Source: Auanema rhodensis | Taxonomy: Eukaryota > Animalia > Nematoda | DNA: 64,000 nt | Assembly: GCA_964057225.1 (NCBI GenBank) | Contig: OZ059900.1 | Span: forward strand, 13,702,001-13,766,000 | Direction: 5' to 3' | Shown: piece after piece, positions 1 through 15,774 of the stretch | Layout of the letters: the number at the start of each line of letters is the position of its first letter | How positions within the stretch are numbered: the first letter of the stretch is position 1 | Notes under the pieces: model-generated | The model's database searches: none | What the model was told of the DNA's origin: nothing | Seen by the model: the letters and a program-made list of their open reading frames with translations, nothing else | Made by a program: the position numbers and the translations under genes

Positions 1-2706
1 GTAAAACATCAGCCAGAGAAACGTACTCAATTAATTTACAAAATTATCTAGTGCAACGAAATTGATATTAAATTTGAAATGTATCTCTGGATCAGATAAA
101 TATGATATATGATTAGAAATAATAACATTGTTCTAATGATCAGAAGATATCAAATGCGAGCACGGCGTAAAGAAAAGATAATCAAAAGTATGTATAAAAC
201 AAGATGGAATGATATCTACGTGAAGACCTAAAAATAAATGATGTTATTTCCTAACTATACGTCATTGGTTCTGAGACGATTTTCTAGAAAGGCGCGAAAA
301 ATGATTTAAAGAAAGTTTATAGTGCGCGTAGGAGAACAATAGCTGTTACTAACTGAGTTGCCTGAGAGAGAAATGAAAAGATGAAAATTATCAGAGTTTC
401 TAAGATGTCTGAATGTAATGCTCGCGAAACGCATGCTGCGACTTGTTTTACTGCGGTTAGCACCAAACATTAGGCAGATGATGTAATTTCTAATAAATTT
501 TTCTGTTTTGTTTTCTCCTACTCTCTTCGATTTAGTCTTATTCCCTGTTATCTCATAGGCTCTACTCTCTTTCTCTCAAACTAACTTTTCCGTTTATTGT
601 TCGTCCACGCCGTCACAAATACTCTTCTCTCTAGCCTCATTTCAACTCTGGTCTCTCTGCAAACATAATGATATTTCAAAACATAATAGCGTCAGAAGGT
701 TTTAATGTTTCTTCGGCATGCGGTCTTCTTTCTATATCGACACTCTTCTCTCAATTTCGCTCTTTCACCACCAGAGTCTATTTTCCTCTCTACATGCAAT
801 CGGGAAATGACTAAACAGATAGATTGAGCGATTACATACAAATTGAAGTATTTTCATGATTCGTGTGGCAGAAGAAATGAAAAAAAAATTCTTTCGAAAA
901 AACAAGATAACTAAAAATTATTTTTAAAAGTTTCAGAATATCTTTGCTTTTGCCGAAAATATTGTTTTTGTAATTAAATTCGATGAATTTTCCAATGAAA
1001 TATAATAAGTATGAAGGAAAAAAATAGAATTTTGTCCCTTCGCGAAAATATAAAAAATATAAAAAATATAAAAAAAAGAATAAAAAGAAAAAAAACTGAT
1101 GCATAATGTAAAATATGTTTATCGTGAAACGTTTGCTTTATGATCATCAAGGGAAAAAAACGCAATAAATATTTACTTGCTCCAGGATTTTGACATAGTC
1201 GGGATTAACAACTTATTTTGACACTATTGAAATTATATAAAAAATATTAAGCAGACGTGTGAGAAATAAAAAGGCGAGTTGACTGCCTGCAAGGTGAAAA
1301 ACCAGTAAAAATGTTAACCAGAGAAAAAAGAAAAGAAAGATTGCAAGAAAGTGTACGAGGCATACAAAAGCGATTAGAGAATGAGAGATAGAAAGAGAGC
1401 AGCAACAGCAGCGGCCAGTGATCGATGAACGTTATTCGCATGCCTAGACGAGGCAGAGACACAATTTTGTTGACAATGTATGAAAAATGTGATTTGAGGT
1501 TTATGAAACCTATTTACAACAACGAAAACTTTTGAGAATTCATTATTCTAGTTAATTCAAACATTCGAAAAAATCGCGAATATATATGGAAAGGATGTGA
1601 AGACAAATTTCATATACGAAAATGTTGTTATTCTCAATCAGTACTTGAATATATAGCTTCTTTACAACAATTCACTTGTTTTCAACTGTATCTCATTGTT
1701 TTTGCCCTGTTGCTGTTGAAAAATGTAAAGATAACAGAAAGTCCGAAATCATAAAAATTAATGAATCAGTACAATTTCAATGTTTCATCTTATCTCATCA
1801 AAGCAGTCATTAATTAGAATTTGAACAATTTTATGAGATTTCATTCCAATTATGATGCACATTTTCGCTTTTTGTGATGAAATAATGAATAACTTGATTC
1901 TGGTTAAGAAATGAATTTTTTCGCAGATTGCCGAGATGTTAATTTATAACCAATCGTGTAATTCATTTAAACTCCTAACATTGGACGTTTAAGGACATTG
2001 CACGATTGCTTCAAGCCGGTTTCTTGTAAACGTAATTTTCCTATTTTCTTTGAAATAACTTCATCTTTATTTGAAATTTCATGGAAATAAGACTTGTTGA
2101 GATGCGCGCTATTTTTAATTCATATTTATGGCATGAAAACCTTGAACAAGAAAAATTAATAAATATTCTTGTTGAATATTAATATCAAATTAATTGCAGG
2201 AATGAGATATGAAACAGAAAAAAAAAGAAAATTATTCATTCGTTCAAAGAATTGAGTTAAGTTTTGTTACTTTTATATTAATGACATATAGGTTAATAAG
2301 TAAATATTAATTCAATTAAAACTTTTATTTGTTTCGTTATATGAAAAATATTGATACACCCTTCAATTAAAAATGCTTCTATGTTAGAAAAAGTAGAGAA
2401 ACAATAATTTTTTGTATCTTTCTTCAAATTTTCTCCAAAAAATGACGAATGGTTTGATTTGAGCAAATTCAATTGAGTAAACACATGAGAGCAAGCATGG
2501 ATTGACATTTTTAATACAAATACACTACAGAGAGAGAGAGAGAGAGGTAAGTAAATCTCCAATCAATTACTATGAAAATAAAATTGTGTTTCTTTGATGC
2601 AAATCTCACAATTTATCTTCCATACTTAATTCTTAATCATCTTAGAAATAAATAGCAACAGATACATTAACATACTCCCGATACTGCTGAATTTATTTAT
2701 GTTGTG

Positions 2707-4528
<1,822 letters not shown>

Positions 4529-5920
4529 TCATTCAATTAATTCACGTCATAAAAAGAAAAAACAGGAGTTCTCATTCAAAAATGTAAAAACAAAATGTTT
4601 CATGAAAATATATAAAAAAACTAATCAAAAAGGCAAAACAATACGCGCTATGAAAAGTCGGAAAGAAGCTCCAAGAAAAGAAGATTGGGAGAATGTTTAT
4701 CAAATAGTGTAATCTATTCGTTATCGTTCACAACACAAGACTCTGAACATTCACCCTTGCCTTTAGCCCATACTGCATACATTACGTAAGAAAACTGTTA
4801 AATACAGACTTCATCGAAAATGTTTTTTTTCCAAACATTAAAGAAACATTAAAGACATTACTTGGGGTAAGATCAAAAATATAAGATCAAAACAAATATT
4901 GATTTTCTTGATATGCTTGAAAGCGAAATTGGTTGAGCATTGTTTTCATACTTTCCTGAACTTTGTTTTGAATTATTAGTCATTTATAATTTAAAATTGT
5001 CTCATGTGATCAATGTTTTAACTTTCTTCATGCAACACAAACATAGCTTAAGTTGAAACTTACAAACATTCTGCATGTTTTGAATGCATAAACTTTCAAG
5101 AAATTTTGATCAAAGTATAGAGAACACGTTTTTAGTGCCAATACACTGTGGAAAGATGAACAGATTAAAAGATAAATAACAGCAAACAGAACAAGATGCA
5201 TCTTTTCAGAACTTTTAGTGGGTGCTATAAATCATGAGATTCTTGGCAGTAGCTTAAATTGGTTACTCAATTTCTCATTTATATATCTATTTAACATGAC
5301 TATCAAAACGGACCTTACATGTTAGTCACTATAAGTCACCACTTGATTCACCAAAGATAAGAAAATAGAGAAATTTAATGAAAAGGGTAATATGTATAGA
5401 CGTTAAACAATCAATAAATGTTGGTGCGTCATTCTTGTCATTTTTCTTGAAACATCAGAAAGCAACTCCACGGTTGTAAATATCTTGCAAATACCAAGAT
5501 ATGAGAGGCAATAGTACAAAAATGAAACCATATGGCGTGATTTGAACGTTGTAAACAAACTACAACATTTGATTTCAAACAGTTAATCCGGTCAATGTAT
5601 TTTTTTGAGAAAACTAGAAACAATCTGAAATACTTTTCGCACTTACACTTATTCACAAATATTTATATTTTTACTCACTAAACAACAAATTAATTATTTC
5701 TATTCGACAAATTGAAATTGGGTACTCGAAATGTGCGACAGCTGATCTTTCAAATATTCATTTGTACTTCTTTCTTTAGAGTTTAACTATGTGAAAGAAA
5801 ATAATAGAATATTATAAGAACTGCTTATAATATTGAACAAAAACGTAAATAAATATTTCTTCTTTGTTTTCTAGAAAAATATAATCTTTAACTTTTTAGG
5901 AAATATTCATCTAAATTAAG

Positions 5921-8502
5921 TTATCTGATGTTATTTAACACGGCAGAGTATATATTTGGTTGTCCTAGTGGTTTCGTAGGAAGTGTGATGTTCATAGCTT
6001 GGCTATTATCATACAGAGATGGAGCTTCGAGTATTATGAACATAGTTCCAATATTTAGAACAGAAAATATGATGAGAAATAATCGATCGAGTACCATGGC
6101 TACAAATTTCCAATCGTCGGATACCTAAAGAATAAAATAACATAGCGTAGGATTAAGATCCAATTACTTCTCCTTCCACTTCATTATGTTTAAAGTGTTC
6201 CGCAATAAATCTTACTTGTTGTAAAAGATTCATAAACACAACATCGTGCATATATTTTGTTGTTGGCTGCTGAAAATGAGACATTTTGGTTTATTCTGCT
6301 TGTTTTGTTTGTTTTCTTATAAAAATTGAGAGAAAAAGAACCATTGTTCTCGATTTATGCTTTTCGTGTGCACCAGTGTTTTTAGCTTTTTCACAGATTG
6401 AATATTTATGTCATTATAAATACCTTTGGTTTTTTATTTTTTTTAAAAGCGACAGTTGGAGCAGCGCAATATGATCCACTATAAAGATGATTTAAAGCCT
6501 ATAAAGCGATTGTTTACAATGTTTTTAGTAAGGAATTATATACTTTAGAACCATTGTATGTTTTTGCATCATAAACGGAACGTTTTTTTTCTTGTTCAGA
6601 AGAACGCATTTTTGTCTGAAATGTCTATTAGATTAAAACTGATATGCTATCACATACAGTGTCCAGAGCATTTTTTCTTATAGATAGTTCCATTAGTTTC
6701 CATTGTTGTGGTTGTTGTTCTTTTTCGCTTTTCTCAGGACGTTTCATCAGCAAAATCATGAAAATGAAACAGTTTTCATATATTCTTTGTGTTGTAAAGT
6801 TACTTTGGTAAAAACTTGAGGAAAACAAGCTGAATCCACGGTGACATGTTGTGCGCAGATCCCGAACGAAACCGGAAATTGACAGTAACAACAGAAACAA
6901 CTGTGGAGAGTGCTACGAGAATCATAGTAGTTATGAGATATCGTCCAAACATTGGGATTACCAAAGATGTGGGTGGCATTAAGTCTATCAAAACCTACAA
7001 AAAACTTGATTATTATCTTTCCACTACAGAACGTACCAAGAAAAACACAGTCAGTGTAACGAGAATACTAATTGAAAAAGTAATCTTATGATCTGACAGG
7101 TAAAATACAAAGGTTGTCAAAATGGAAATGAGAAAGCAAGGTATTATCAAGTTGCAAGTGAAAAATAACGTCTTCCGTCTAAAATGCAAAGTTCAAAACT
7201 GGTTGTTCCTACTATTGTTATATAACCTCAAACCAAAGTAATATGTGATATCAACGTATTTTTCTGGTCCACAACACGAAGCGTAGAGAACCGAATGTCG
7301 CTCGGACGTTAATGAGAGCAAATCCCACTCAGCCGACCTGTAAGGAGCTATGTACCACTATTCTTTAACACTTTTCCTCCATGAAAAGAAAATTTTAAAG
7401 TGACAACAAACCGGTAAAAGAAACTCAAATCCATTCCTCGTTCCATAAATTCAACTTCAGCTCCATCTTTCTGTATAACTTTAACATCTTCTGAAACAAT
7501 CATGGAAATTCAATCAATTTGTTTTTTTTAAACCTTTGGGTAGTTGCTTCAAATCAACATATCTTCCTGTATATGTCCATGTGCCAAATTTCATTACACA
7601 ATACTGTGAGTCATATGGAAACCAAGTTACATCAATCTACAATGAAAAAAATGTGAAAATTTTTTTCTGCAATTTGTTTTCGTTTTGAAAGAACTTTTTT
7701 ATAAATCTTTCTACTTTGTGCTTTGCACATTCTACTTCAGCGAGAAATGACATAAGATAAGAATATTTACGTACCGGACAAAATGATTTATAGATGGCTG
7801 GTGGAGACCAGAAGACTAATCCATTGTGAGTAACCAATGCATCTGTCAGAATTGTTATGTCAGGATCTCCAGCGGCACTAAAAGAAAAAAAATTGATTGA
7901 AGACCGAAACACGCAAATAAACAATACAATTGTCAATTGAAGTGCAACTTAATTCTCAAGTGTGTTGTTTTTGAAAAATCTGTGAACTCACTTATTATAT
8001 AACACAAGATCTGGCGTCCAGATAAGATCACTTGGTATATGCAAATACTTTATTCCTCCATATTTAGTTGGATTCCAAGTTAACTTTGCGTCAGCCCATT
8101 TCTATAGAATAATCACAAAAAAAGTTAAACGAAATTTGAATAATATTATATTAAATTATAAAATATTTTATATATACCATTTCTAACCACAAATTTGTCG
8201 TTAAAACTTGATTTTTTTCATCCTGAAAAATTCATATTTTGATAGAAAAAACTAATAATGAAGTAATACCACGTCAATAATTCGAATTAAAGATGCTCCT
8301 ACATCAACAGTCATAATATCAGAACTATTTCGAACTGGTCTTGGTATCTAAGTAAAACGAAATATATTTGAAAATTTATTTCCTATACCTTATTATAGTC
8401 AAACAATAAATCTTCATATAACTGATTTTCATAATCTTTTGCTGATTTTTTTATTGCTTCTGCTCCAAATAATAAATAGAAAATAATAATATAACGTCGC
8501 AT
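5921..8502 (-). CDS. acr-6: Nicotinic acetylcholine receptor alpha subunit, ACR-6-like (UNC-38 group), ~15 exons
   Basis: Signal peptide [16 protein letters not shown]; [12 protein letters not shown]; Cys-loop [15 protein letters not shown]; loop [12 protein letters not shown] (YxxCC); TM1-3 [15 protein letters not shown]...[20 protein letters not shown]...[15 protein letters not shown]; TM4 [15 protein letters not shown]. One intron (6803-6758) lacks a canonical AG. Confidence 0.88.
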
Positions 8503-8512
8503 CTGTGATAAA
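8500..8512 (-). promoter_or_regulatory. Putative SL trans-splice acceptor abutting the acr-6 start codon
   Basis: Minus strand reads ttttatcacag|ATG, an acceptor-like site directly before the ATG, as is typical of nematode outrons. Confidence 0.45.
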
Positions 8513-10064
8513 ATGAAAATTTACATTTTGCATAACAACGTGACAGAAAATGAGAATTATTAGAAGATTGTTATGTACTAACATATACGGAAAATAGTGT
8601 GAGTGACAAAAACAATTTAAAAGCCCATATATCTGCTTTGAAATGTTTATTAACTGGATTGAAATACATACGAACCAGGCATCAGCATTGTGATTTGGAA
8701 CTATTTCATGAGGAAATGGTAACATTAACCAATTAAATTACGAATTTTTATTGTTCTCAACGGTTGTACACAAAATTAAAGTCGAGAGCATGAAAAAACG
8801 TTCAAAATTTCATTAAAAAGTAAAATTGAACTAGAAAAGTGAAGATAAACGTGAACCAAGAGAATAAATTAAATTTTAAAAGTTGTGATGTTGGCTAGTT
8901 TTATGAAGTCAAAGATTTCAGGATTTTAAGCCATCTTTCTCTAAGCGTTAGGCATTTATGGGAGCACCCTGGCTTAAGAAATGCACCAAAAATGGTTAAC
9001 TTCGGAGCTGCAGCTAAGAGTGAGAGAATGAGAGAGGAAGATAGTTAGAGAGTGAGAGAGTGGGAAAATGAGAGAGCGAGAGAGTGAGAGATTCGGAGAG
9101 GGAGAGGGTGAATATATGGAAAAACTGAATAGAATGAAATGAAGTAGAACAGCAGAGAAGTTGTCAAGAACAACAAGAATGGGAGAATAGGGAAATGAGA
9201 TTACGTCCCCAACGATGTGAGCTAGAGAATTTAAATTATATAGAGAGGGTTAGATTGTTAGAGTTATGCGAACACTAGAGGATGCCCAAGGGAAGATTGC
9301 AGACTTAGAAGCGTGGATTGAAGAACGCGGGCACAACCAATTTCTCTGCCTTGTATGCACTTATGCATCTGACTGATACTCTTAAACACATTATGCAAAT
9401 CTGCTTTGCAATAACCCAATAACTGCTAATGAAGAATGAGTTCTGATCCGTTCTGGAAAATCTCTTTTGAAATAGAAGTTATCGAATGATCTGAAATACT
9501 TTTAGATTAATGCATATGTGAACTTCTAACATGGAAAACCAGCTAGAAATGAAATTTTAAAATATATTGAACAAAAGGCCCAAAATATGAGCAGCGCATT
9601 GTTTTGCAAATATGTTGTCACGTTATTGCTTGAGACCCACTGCGATAAATGGCTCAACAAAAACGGGAAAAGCTTCGAAATATCAAAAAAAAGTTGAATC
9701 TTTTCTTTCATTGACAAGATTATTTTAAAATTTTTGGTCATAAGTGAAGAGAGAAAAAGAAATATTTCGAAATATTAATAAGAGATGAATATATGAAAAT
9801 TCTACATAAATGACAAATAGATGTAAAAAATAGTAATAATAATAGAGTAATAACACAAAGAAATGAAATAAAGAAGTTATTTTTAAAAAAATTTCTGAAG
9901 TTGAATGGTTTTTATTACAAACTATAGTTTGTGCTGTTCTTTTCATTATGTTTCACAAAACTTGAATGAAATTTAAATGGAAAATTAAAAAAACAGTATA
10001 TAATGATGTTTATGATATCTTATTACTAAAGTTTCTTTTGAAAAGACCAGTCATTTTAAACAGC

Positions 10065-10126
10065 TCATTTCAAACCTATGTTCAACATTTCATTTCAAAC
10101 CTATGTTCAAAATTTCATTTCAAACC
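10065..10126. repeat. 25-bp tandem repeat, ~2.5 copies
   Basis: tcatttcaaacctatgttcaacatt / tcatttcaaacctatgttcaaaatt / tcatttcaaacc. Confidence 0.85.
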
Positions 10127-10936
10127 CACTTTGGCTGAACTTTGCAAACGGCAAAAGCGGAGATAAGTTTGAAAAATTAAAGCCTGAGTCCAAAGAACTT
10201 TCAATTTAATTCTTTTCTCCTATTTTTTATAAGAAACAGTCTTTTTAATTTATTAATTGATCACGAATATTCACATAATCGTTGTCTATTTCATCATTCA
10301 TCTTGTGATATTCAATCTTGTTTAACATCAACACAAAGACAATAGTACAAACATTGAACTCTTATTCTTGATATGAACGTTCTTTGCTTCTATTTACTGA
10401 TACAGATATCATTTTTTGCTTCATGAATGATACTTTAAACAACACTTTTATCAAGATGGCTACTCATTAACAAGTTTTATACAAACTCGCATATATAATA
10501 CTATTTTTCTAGAAAAGTTATGATAATACAATACAATATAATGTTTTGCTATCACAGTAAACTTATGCCTTTAATACTCTAGAGCAATAGTAACACAAAT
10601 TCTGGCATGTTATATCGATCAATCTTCTGATGGTAATACCATCTAACACTGCTAAAAATCCGGTCGATAAGTTTTTACACAGCAAATAAATGGTTAAACA
10701 ACAATTTCATCTTTTTCCAAGACTTTATGTCTTTTTTTTTACAGTTCAACAACCGCAGTCTCACAGCTTCTCATAACCAATCAAAGTCTTTTGTTCTTAA
10801 TCGAATTCCTTTTTTAGTTATGCAAAGAACTAAATTTTAACGAAAATTCTATATTTGTAGCTGTTTTGTATTCAAATTTTCATTCATAATGTTGAAACAT
10901 GAAAATTATTGTTAAAGTTCATTAACTTTTTTCAGA

Positions 10937-11576
10937 ATGATTATCAAAATATTGCATTTATGGTTTATATCTGTGTTATTATTGACAGGTAAGAATTTTC
11001 AAAACATTATTTTAATTTTTCTTTTAAATTATGATTATCAAAATATTGCTTCTTCTAAATCATTTTGTGTTTTTCCAAACTTTTTAATTTTCTTCAATAG
11101 GCATATTTACAAAAATTATATTATAGGTTTAAATGCAATGACACTTCTACAATCATATAGATCCCCAGCTGCTGTTATAAAGCGACAGGGACAATCAAAC
11201 ACACGTTTTCGGCCTGTGTTGTTTTTGCGGGGAGACGATGACTGGGTAAATTTATCTTGTATTATACATGGTTGGCAATAAGAATTTCAGAAAGCTTTTC
11301 CATTTTTTTTCAGTTTCTTGTGTATTATTATTTTATATGAAAGTTGTGTTGTCAACAACTATGTATATCAGAAAAAAGAATGAAACATACAGCCCGAAAA
11401 TTTAAACAAAAAAACTGAATAACGTTTAGTATAAATATTTTTTGCAGAGAAAACAGTTGGGGCAGGAAACCTTGACTGATCAGATAATGGATGAAAATGG
11501 CATTTTTTACAATGTGCGGTCGCATTCAAAGAATGTCAACACAGTCATCTCTTCCAATCCTAATCGCTATGGTTAA
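10937..11576 (+). CDS. Small secreted protein, probable neuropeptide precursor (~99 aa; exons 10937-10988, 11127-11245, 11448-11576)
   Basis: ttttcag directly before the ATG; GT-AG introns keep the frame; hydrophobic signal MIIKILHLWFISVLLLTGLNA; KR and RK dibasic sites; C-terminal ...NPNRYG-stop. Confidence 0.7.
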
Positions 11577-12586
11577 TCTCTATCAATATTATACATTTAT
11601 TCGTCTTGCCTTAGATTGTAAAAGTTTTTTTTACAAAATATACAGCTCAAAATGAAGAAATAAAGTTTTCATTCTTTATTCATTCGATTTAGATTTGATA
11701 GCTATTATATAAGATCACCAAATTATTTCTCCTGTTTATAGATAGTACATATTCTCTCATATTATGATTCACTTTATCTACTCTTCTTATATCTTTTTGA
11801 ACAAAAATTGAAGGAATGATAATAATTCAAGCAAGAAATAATAATTTGCTCTAGTTATTCTTTCAACCTTTGTTTGATTGTATTTACTTCCTTTATCAGT
11901 TGTGACTAGTTTACGTCTTGACATTTATCAGGTTACACTAATAGTTCAAACTGCTATTTCTTGGCTTTGAAGAAAAAGAATTGATGATAACAATTTTTCA
12001 TCGTATGAAAATTATTAGTTCCTATTCTTTTGTTAGTTTTTTTTCCATTCAGAAAGCTTCAACATTACAAAATCTTCTAATATTTTGTTTGAAATGAAAC
12101 TTCAAATCATGTTTTTAATGTTTCATAAACAACTTGGCATTGAGAAATTTAATTAATTTCTAGCTAATGCTAAAGATAAATGATTGAAGTCCATACAAAT
12201 AGTACTCTTTTATGTGCTTATTAGCACTATTGATTAAAAATTAGCAGAGACGAAAGAAACATCAAGGTCAATTGTGCATACAATTCGAACGGACGCATAT
12301 AAAGTTTGTTATTGACGCATACACCGTGCTTTATTGAAACATATATGTTCATTGTCTTTTTTCTTTTCTCTCAGTCGTTACTATATTCAGAAAGTTTTTT
12401 AAATTCAGTATTTTCTTATTTTAATTTTGAATTGTGATTATAAAATTATTTTTAAGAATGAAATGGTATTTGAAATCATACGCAGTTTTATGTTTAACGT
12501 TACTCATTAGAATGCTTGTACTCCATATTCCATATTCCATATTTTTTCATTTTTTTTAAGTTTTAAATTTTTAGCTTAATTCAAAA

Positions 12587-14900
12587 ATGGTTGGAAACAG
12601 TTACAAGGCCGATGAAAGTAGTGGAATGGTGGTTTTGGCAGGCAATTCGCATCCCGAATTGGCTCGTCTCGTTTCAGAGTTTGTTATATTTTTAAATTTT
12701 TTTCTTGACATATCAAACATTTGTGTGCACGTTTCCTGTGCGTATATCTCTCTATAAATTTTCGCAACTATTTATCTCCAATTATAATCTTCAGAAGATT
12801 GGGAATTCGTCTTGGCGATGCAACCGTTTATAACAAAACTAATCGCGGTTTGATTGTTATCGCAATTCATTGGAATCAATTTTTGTGTTGCAGAAAGTTC
12901 AGTAGATATTAAGCAGTCTGTCCGTGGAAAGCATGTGTTTATTATTCAGAGTGGTTCAAAGTAGAAATAATATTTTAACGTTTGAGTTGCACTACTTATC
13001 ATTTTCAGAAACGTCAATAACGATATTATGGAACTGTTAATTCTGATTTATGCTTGTAAAACGTCTATGGCTAGTAATATAACTGTTATAATGCCGTATC
13101 TTCCTTATTCCAAACAATGTAGAATGTTTCGTCGATCATCCATTCCAATGAAATTGATTGCTGAAATGATTTGTAAATCAGGTTTGTTAAATTCTCTTCA
13201 AAAACAAATTTATCATTTTTTATAGGAGCTAACCGTTTGGTTTCATTAGACTTGTATAAAAAAGAAATTCAAGGTTTTTTCTCCATTCCTGTGGATAACC
13301 TTCGTGCATCACCTTTCCTCCTTCAATATATCAAAGAATACGTATGAGAGCTTAAATCATTTCAAGTTTTCAATATTTCATAATAGATTCCGGATTACAA
13401 AAATGCTATTATTGTTGCGAAATCTCCTGGAGTAATGAACAAAGCCACTTCTTATGCTGATCGTCTTCGTTTAGGTATAGTTATAGCTAGTTATTTATAA
13501 ATTTTATTCCAAGTTTCTTGAACATTTTTCTTTAAATATTTTTTGGGGGATTATATTTAAATATTTAGGCTGTGAGTTTTTTCTCTTATAATAATTTTAA
13601 ATTTTAAACAACGACTAAGGTAATATGGCCACTAATCTTTCAGTTGTTTTTGAAAAAGACCTTGCTGTCGTGTTTATTTTAGTCACTGTATTAAATCCGA
13701 TCACTTCTACTCCCTCAGATGCATTTTCTGTTTCTTTTTGTATTCTTCTAGACTTGTTCTTGTTATCTATCTAATCTATTTATCATTTCACCACCGATCT
13801 TTCTCCCTCAATACAAGCTTCTATACCTAATTTCTCCTTCTTCTTCTCTTATTGCTCTCATAAGCTATACCGCACATTGTTCTTTCTTATGGCCTTTTCT
13901 ATTATCGTTTTTATTATTTTCTTCTATTTTTCATATTCTTTCCTTTCTTTGTCTTTATTTATTTTCATATGTTTTCTTATCTAACTTTTCGAACCTATCA
14001 CTTTCTTCAGCGCACTTGCGCTATTCCTAAACTCTCTCTCATTACGCAACTTATTGATTGTCTTGAAACAAATCAGATCCACCAATGCACTTATGTTTAA
14101 AAAAACATCTGAAATGCTTGATGTGTAAACACCAAGACCGATATGCATTGCTTTCTTCTATATCGTATTGTGTTCAAGCATTCATTTCATTTTAAAAATA
14201 GTGAGCGTGATCACCAGAAAATTTGAAAAAATTAATTATTAGTCAATGATTTAAGGCGTTGCTGTAATTCATGGTGAACAGAAGGACCAGGATGAATCAG
14301 GATTGGAAGATGGTCGTCAAAGTCCTCCACCAAACTCGACTTATATGCCTTTTGAATTGATTCCTTGTATATTTCACTTGCAATATAGAGACAAAAAGAT
14401 TTTTTTAAGCTCAAGAGCCAAAGCAGAAACCTCCTCTCACAGTTGTTGGTGATGTTGGTGGACGTATTGCTATTATGGTGGTACGGTTTAGTTTCTATCT
14501 ATTTATTTTAATCTATTTTGTATAAAATTATAATGGTTTTTATACTTTTAGGATGATATTATTGATGATGCTCAATCTTTTGTTGATGCTGCTGAAGTTC
14601 TTCGCGCCAGAGGTGCTTACAAGATTTATATTTTGGCTACTCATGGAGTTTTGAGCTCTGATGCCCCAGCGCTTTTGGAAGCTTCTCCAATTACTCAGGT
14701 AATTTCATTTTTTCTTTCATTTATAAACATAATATTTGAAGGTAATTGTTACTAATACTGTTCCACATGAAATACAGAAAATGCGTTGTCATAAGATCAG
14801 AACCGTTGATATATCTTTGATGATATGTGAAGCTATTCGTCGCATTTATCACAATGAATCCATGGGACAACTATTCCGTGACATCACTTTGGATGATTAA
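12587..14900 (+). CDS. Phosphoribosyl pyrophosphate synthase-associated protein (PRPSAP-like), 10 exons
   Basis: [13 protein letters not shown]...[13 protein letters not shown]...[15 protein letters not shown]...MPYLPYSKQ...[24 protein letters not shown]...DGRQSPP...[19 protein letters not shown]...[20 protein letters not shown]. The DGRxSPP insert and VDNLRASPF are diagnostic of PRPSAP rather than catalytic PRPS. Confidence 0.92.
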
Positions 14901-15774
14901 ACTTGTATTCATCAAGAATTAAACTGTATTTGCCATTATATCTTTTGAAAAATATTCAGTTGTGTTGTTCATTTCAAGAGTTGTTAAATTTTGTTGCGCA
15001 CATGTAGATTGATATTTTGTGTCTTTATTTTGAAATCATTCTGATGTCTTTATGTGAGATTATTCAAAAATGTATTCAATAATAAAGAAGATATTGTTGA
15101 AATTTTTGATGTGATAAGACTTAGCAAATCGTCTACATCGATTTACAATATTTATTTTTCAGATGTTGCTTTTCAGTTACAATGTGTTACAACTGCTTAT
15201 AGTGAATGAGAGTTTTTCTCGAATATTTTTGTTAAAACATTGAAATCATATCCAAAGGCATAGTGCTATGAACTGCCTATTGTTTGTTTATAAACTAATT
15301 TGAAAATATAAATATCATCGTTTGTTTTATAACGAAAATTTTGTTATTCTTATGATGTTTTGGGTATTTATTCATTTTGAGATTTTTCTGTGAGTTTAAT
15401 GTGCTAAGTTTTATATTTCTTGATGAGTCAGAATATGGTCACATTTTCGACACGAATCATATTTTCTGATATACGTATCGAAAGATTTATAGTCAATATT
15501 TATTTTATGCTCATTATGCTTGTTTCTCTGATTCTTTTAAATCATTAAAGAAGTGTGAAAGACGTAGAGGGAGAGATGCATGCTACCTTAGCAACGGGGC
15601 TAATCCATATCTGCCAATTTGAATGAATTGCAATGAATACATTGTTCATTAGGCTTTCATACATGTGTTCCAATTATTTTATACTATTATTTCAATTATT
15701 TTAGGAATTTGTCGTAAACAGTTATAAGCTTTTTTTATATTTTTAGTGATTTCCAATAAAGTACTCTAGGAATA

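Noticed and set aside
832-2562. Short F/L/I/K-rich ORFs from the track, here and throughout the intergenic DNA
   Set aside because: Low-complexity translations of AT-rich sequence, often starting at TTG/GTG, with no splice support or motifs.
6846-7091. Antisense ORFs over acr-6, dop-1, pkc-2, apa-2 and the acidic gene
   Set aside because: Shadow ORFs of real exons on the opposite strand.
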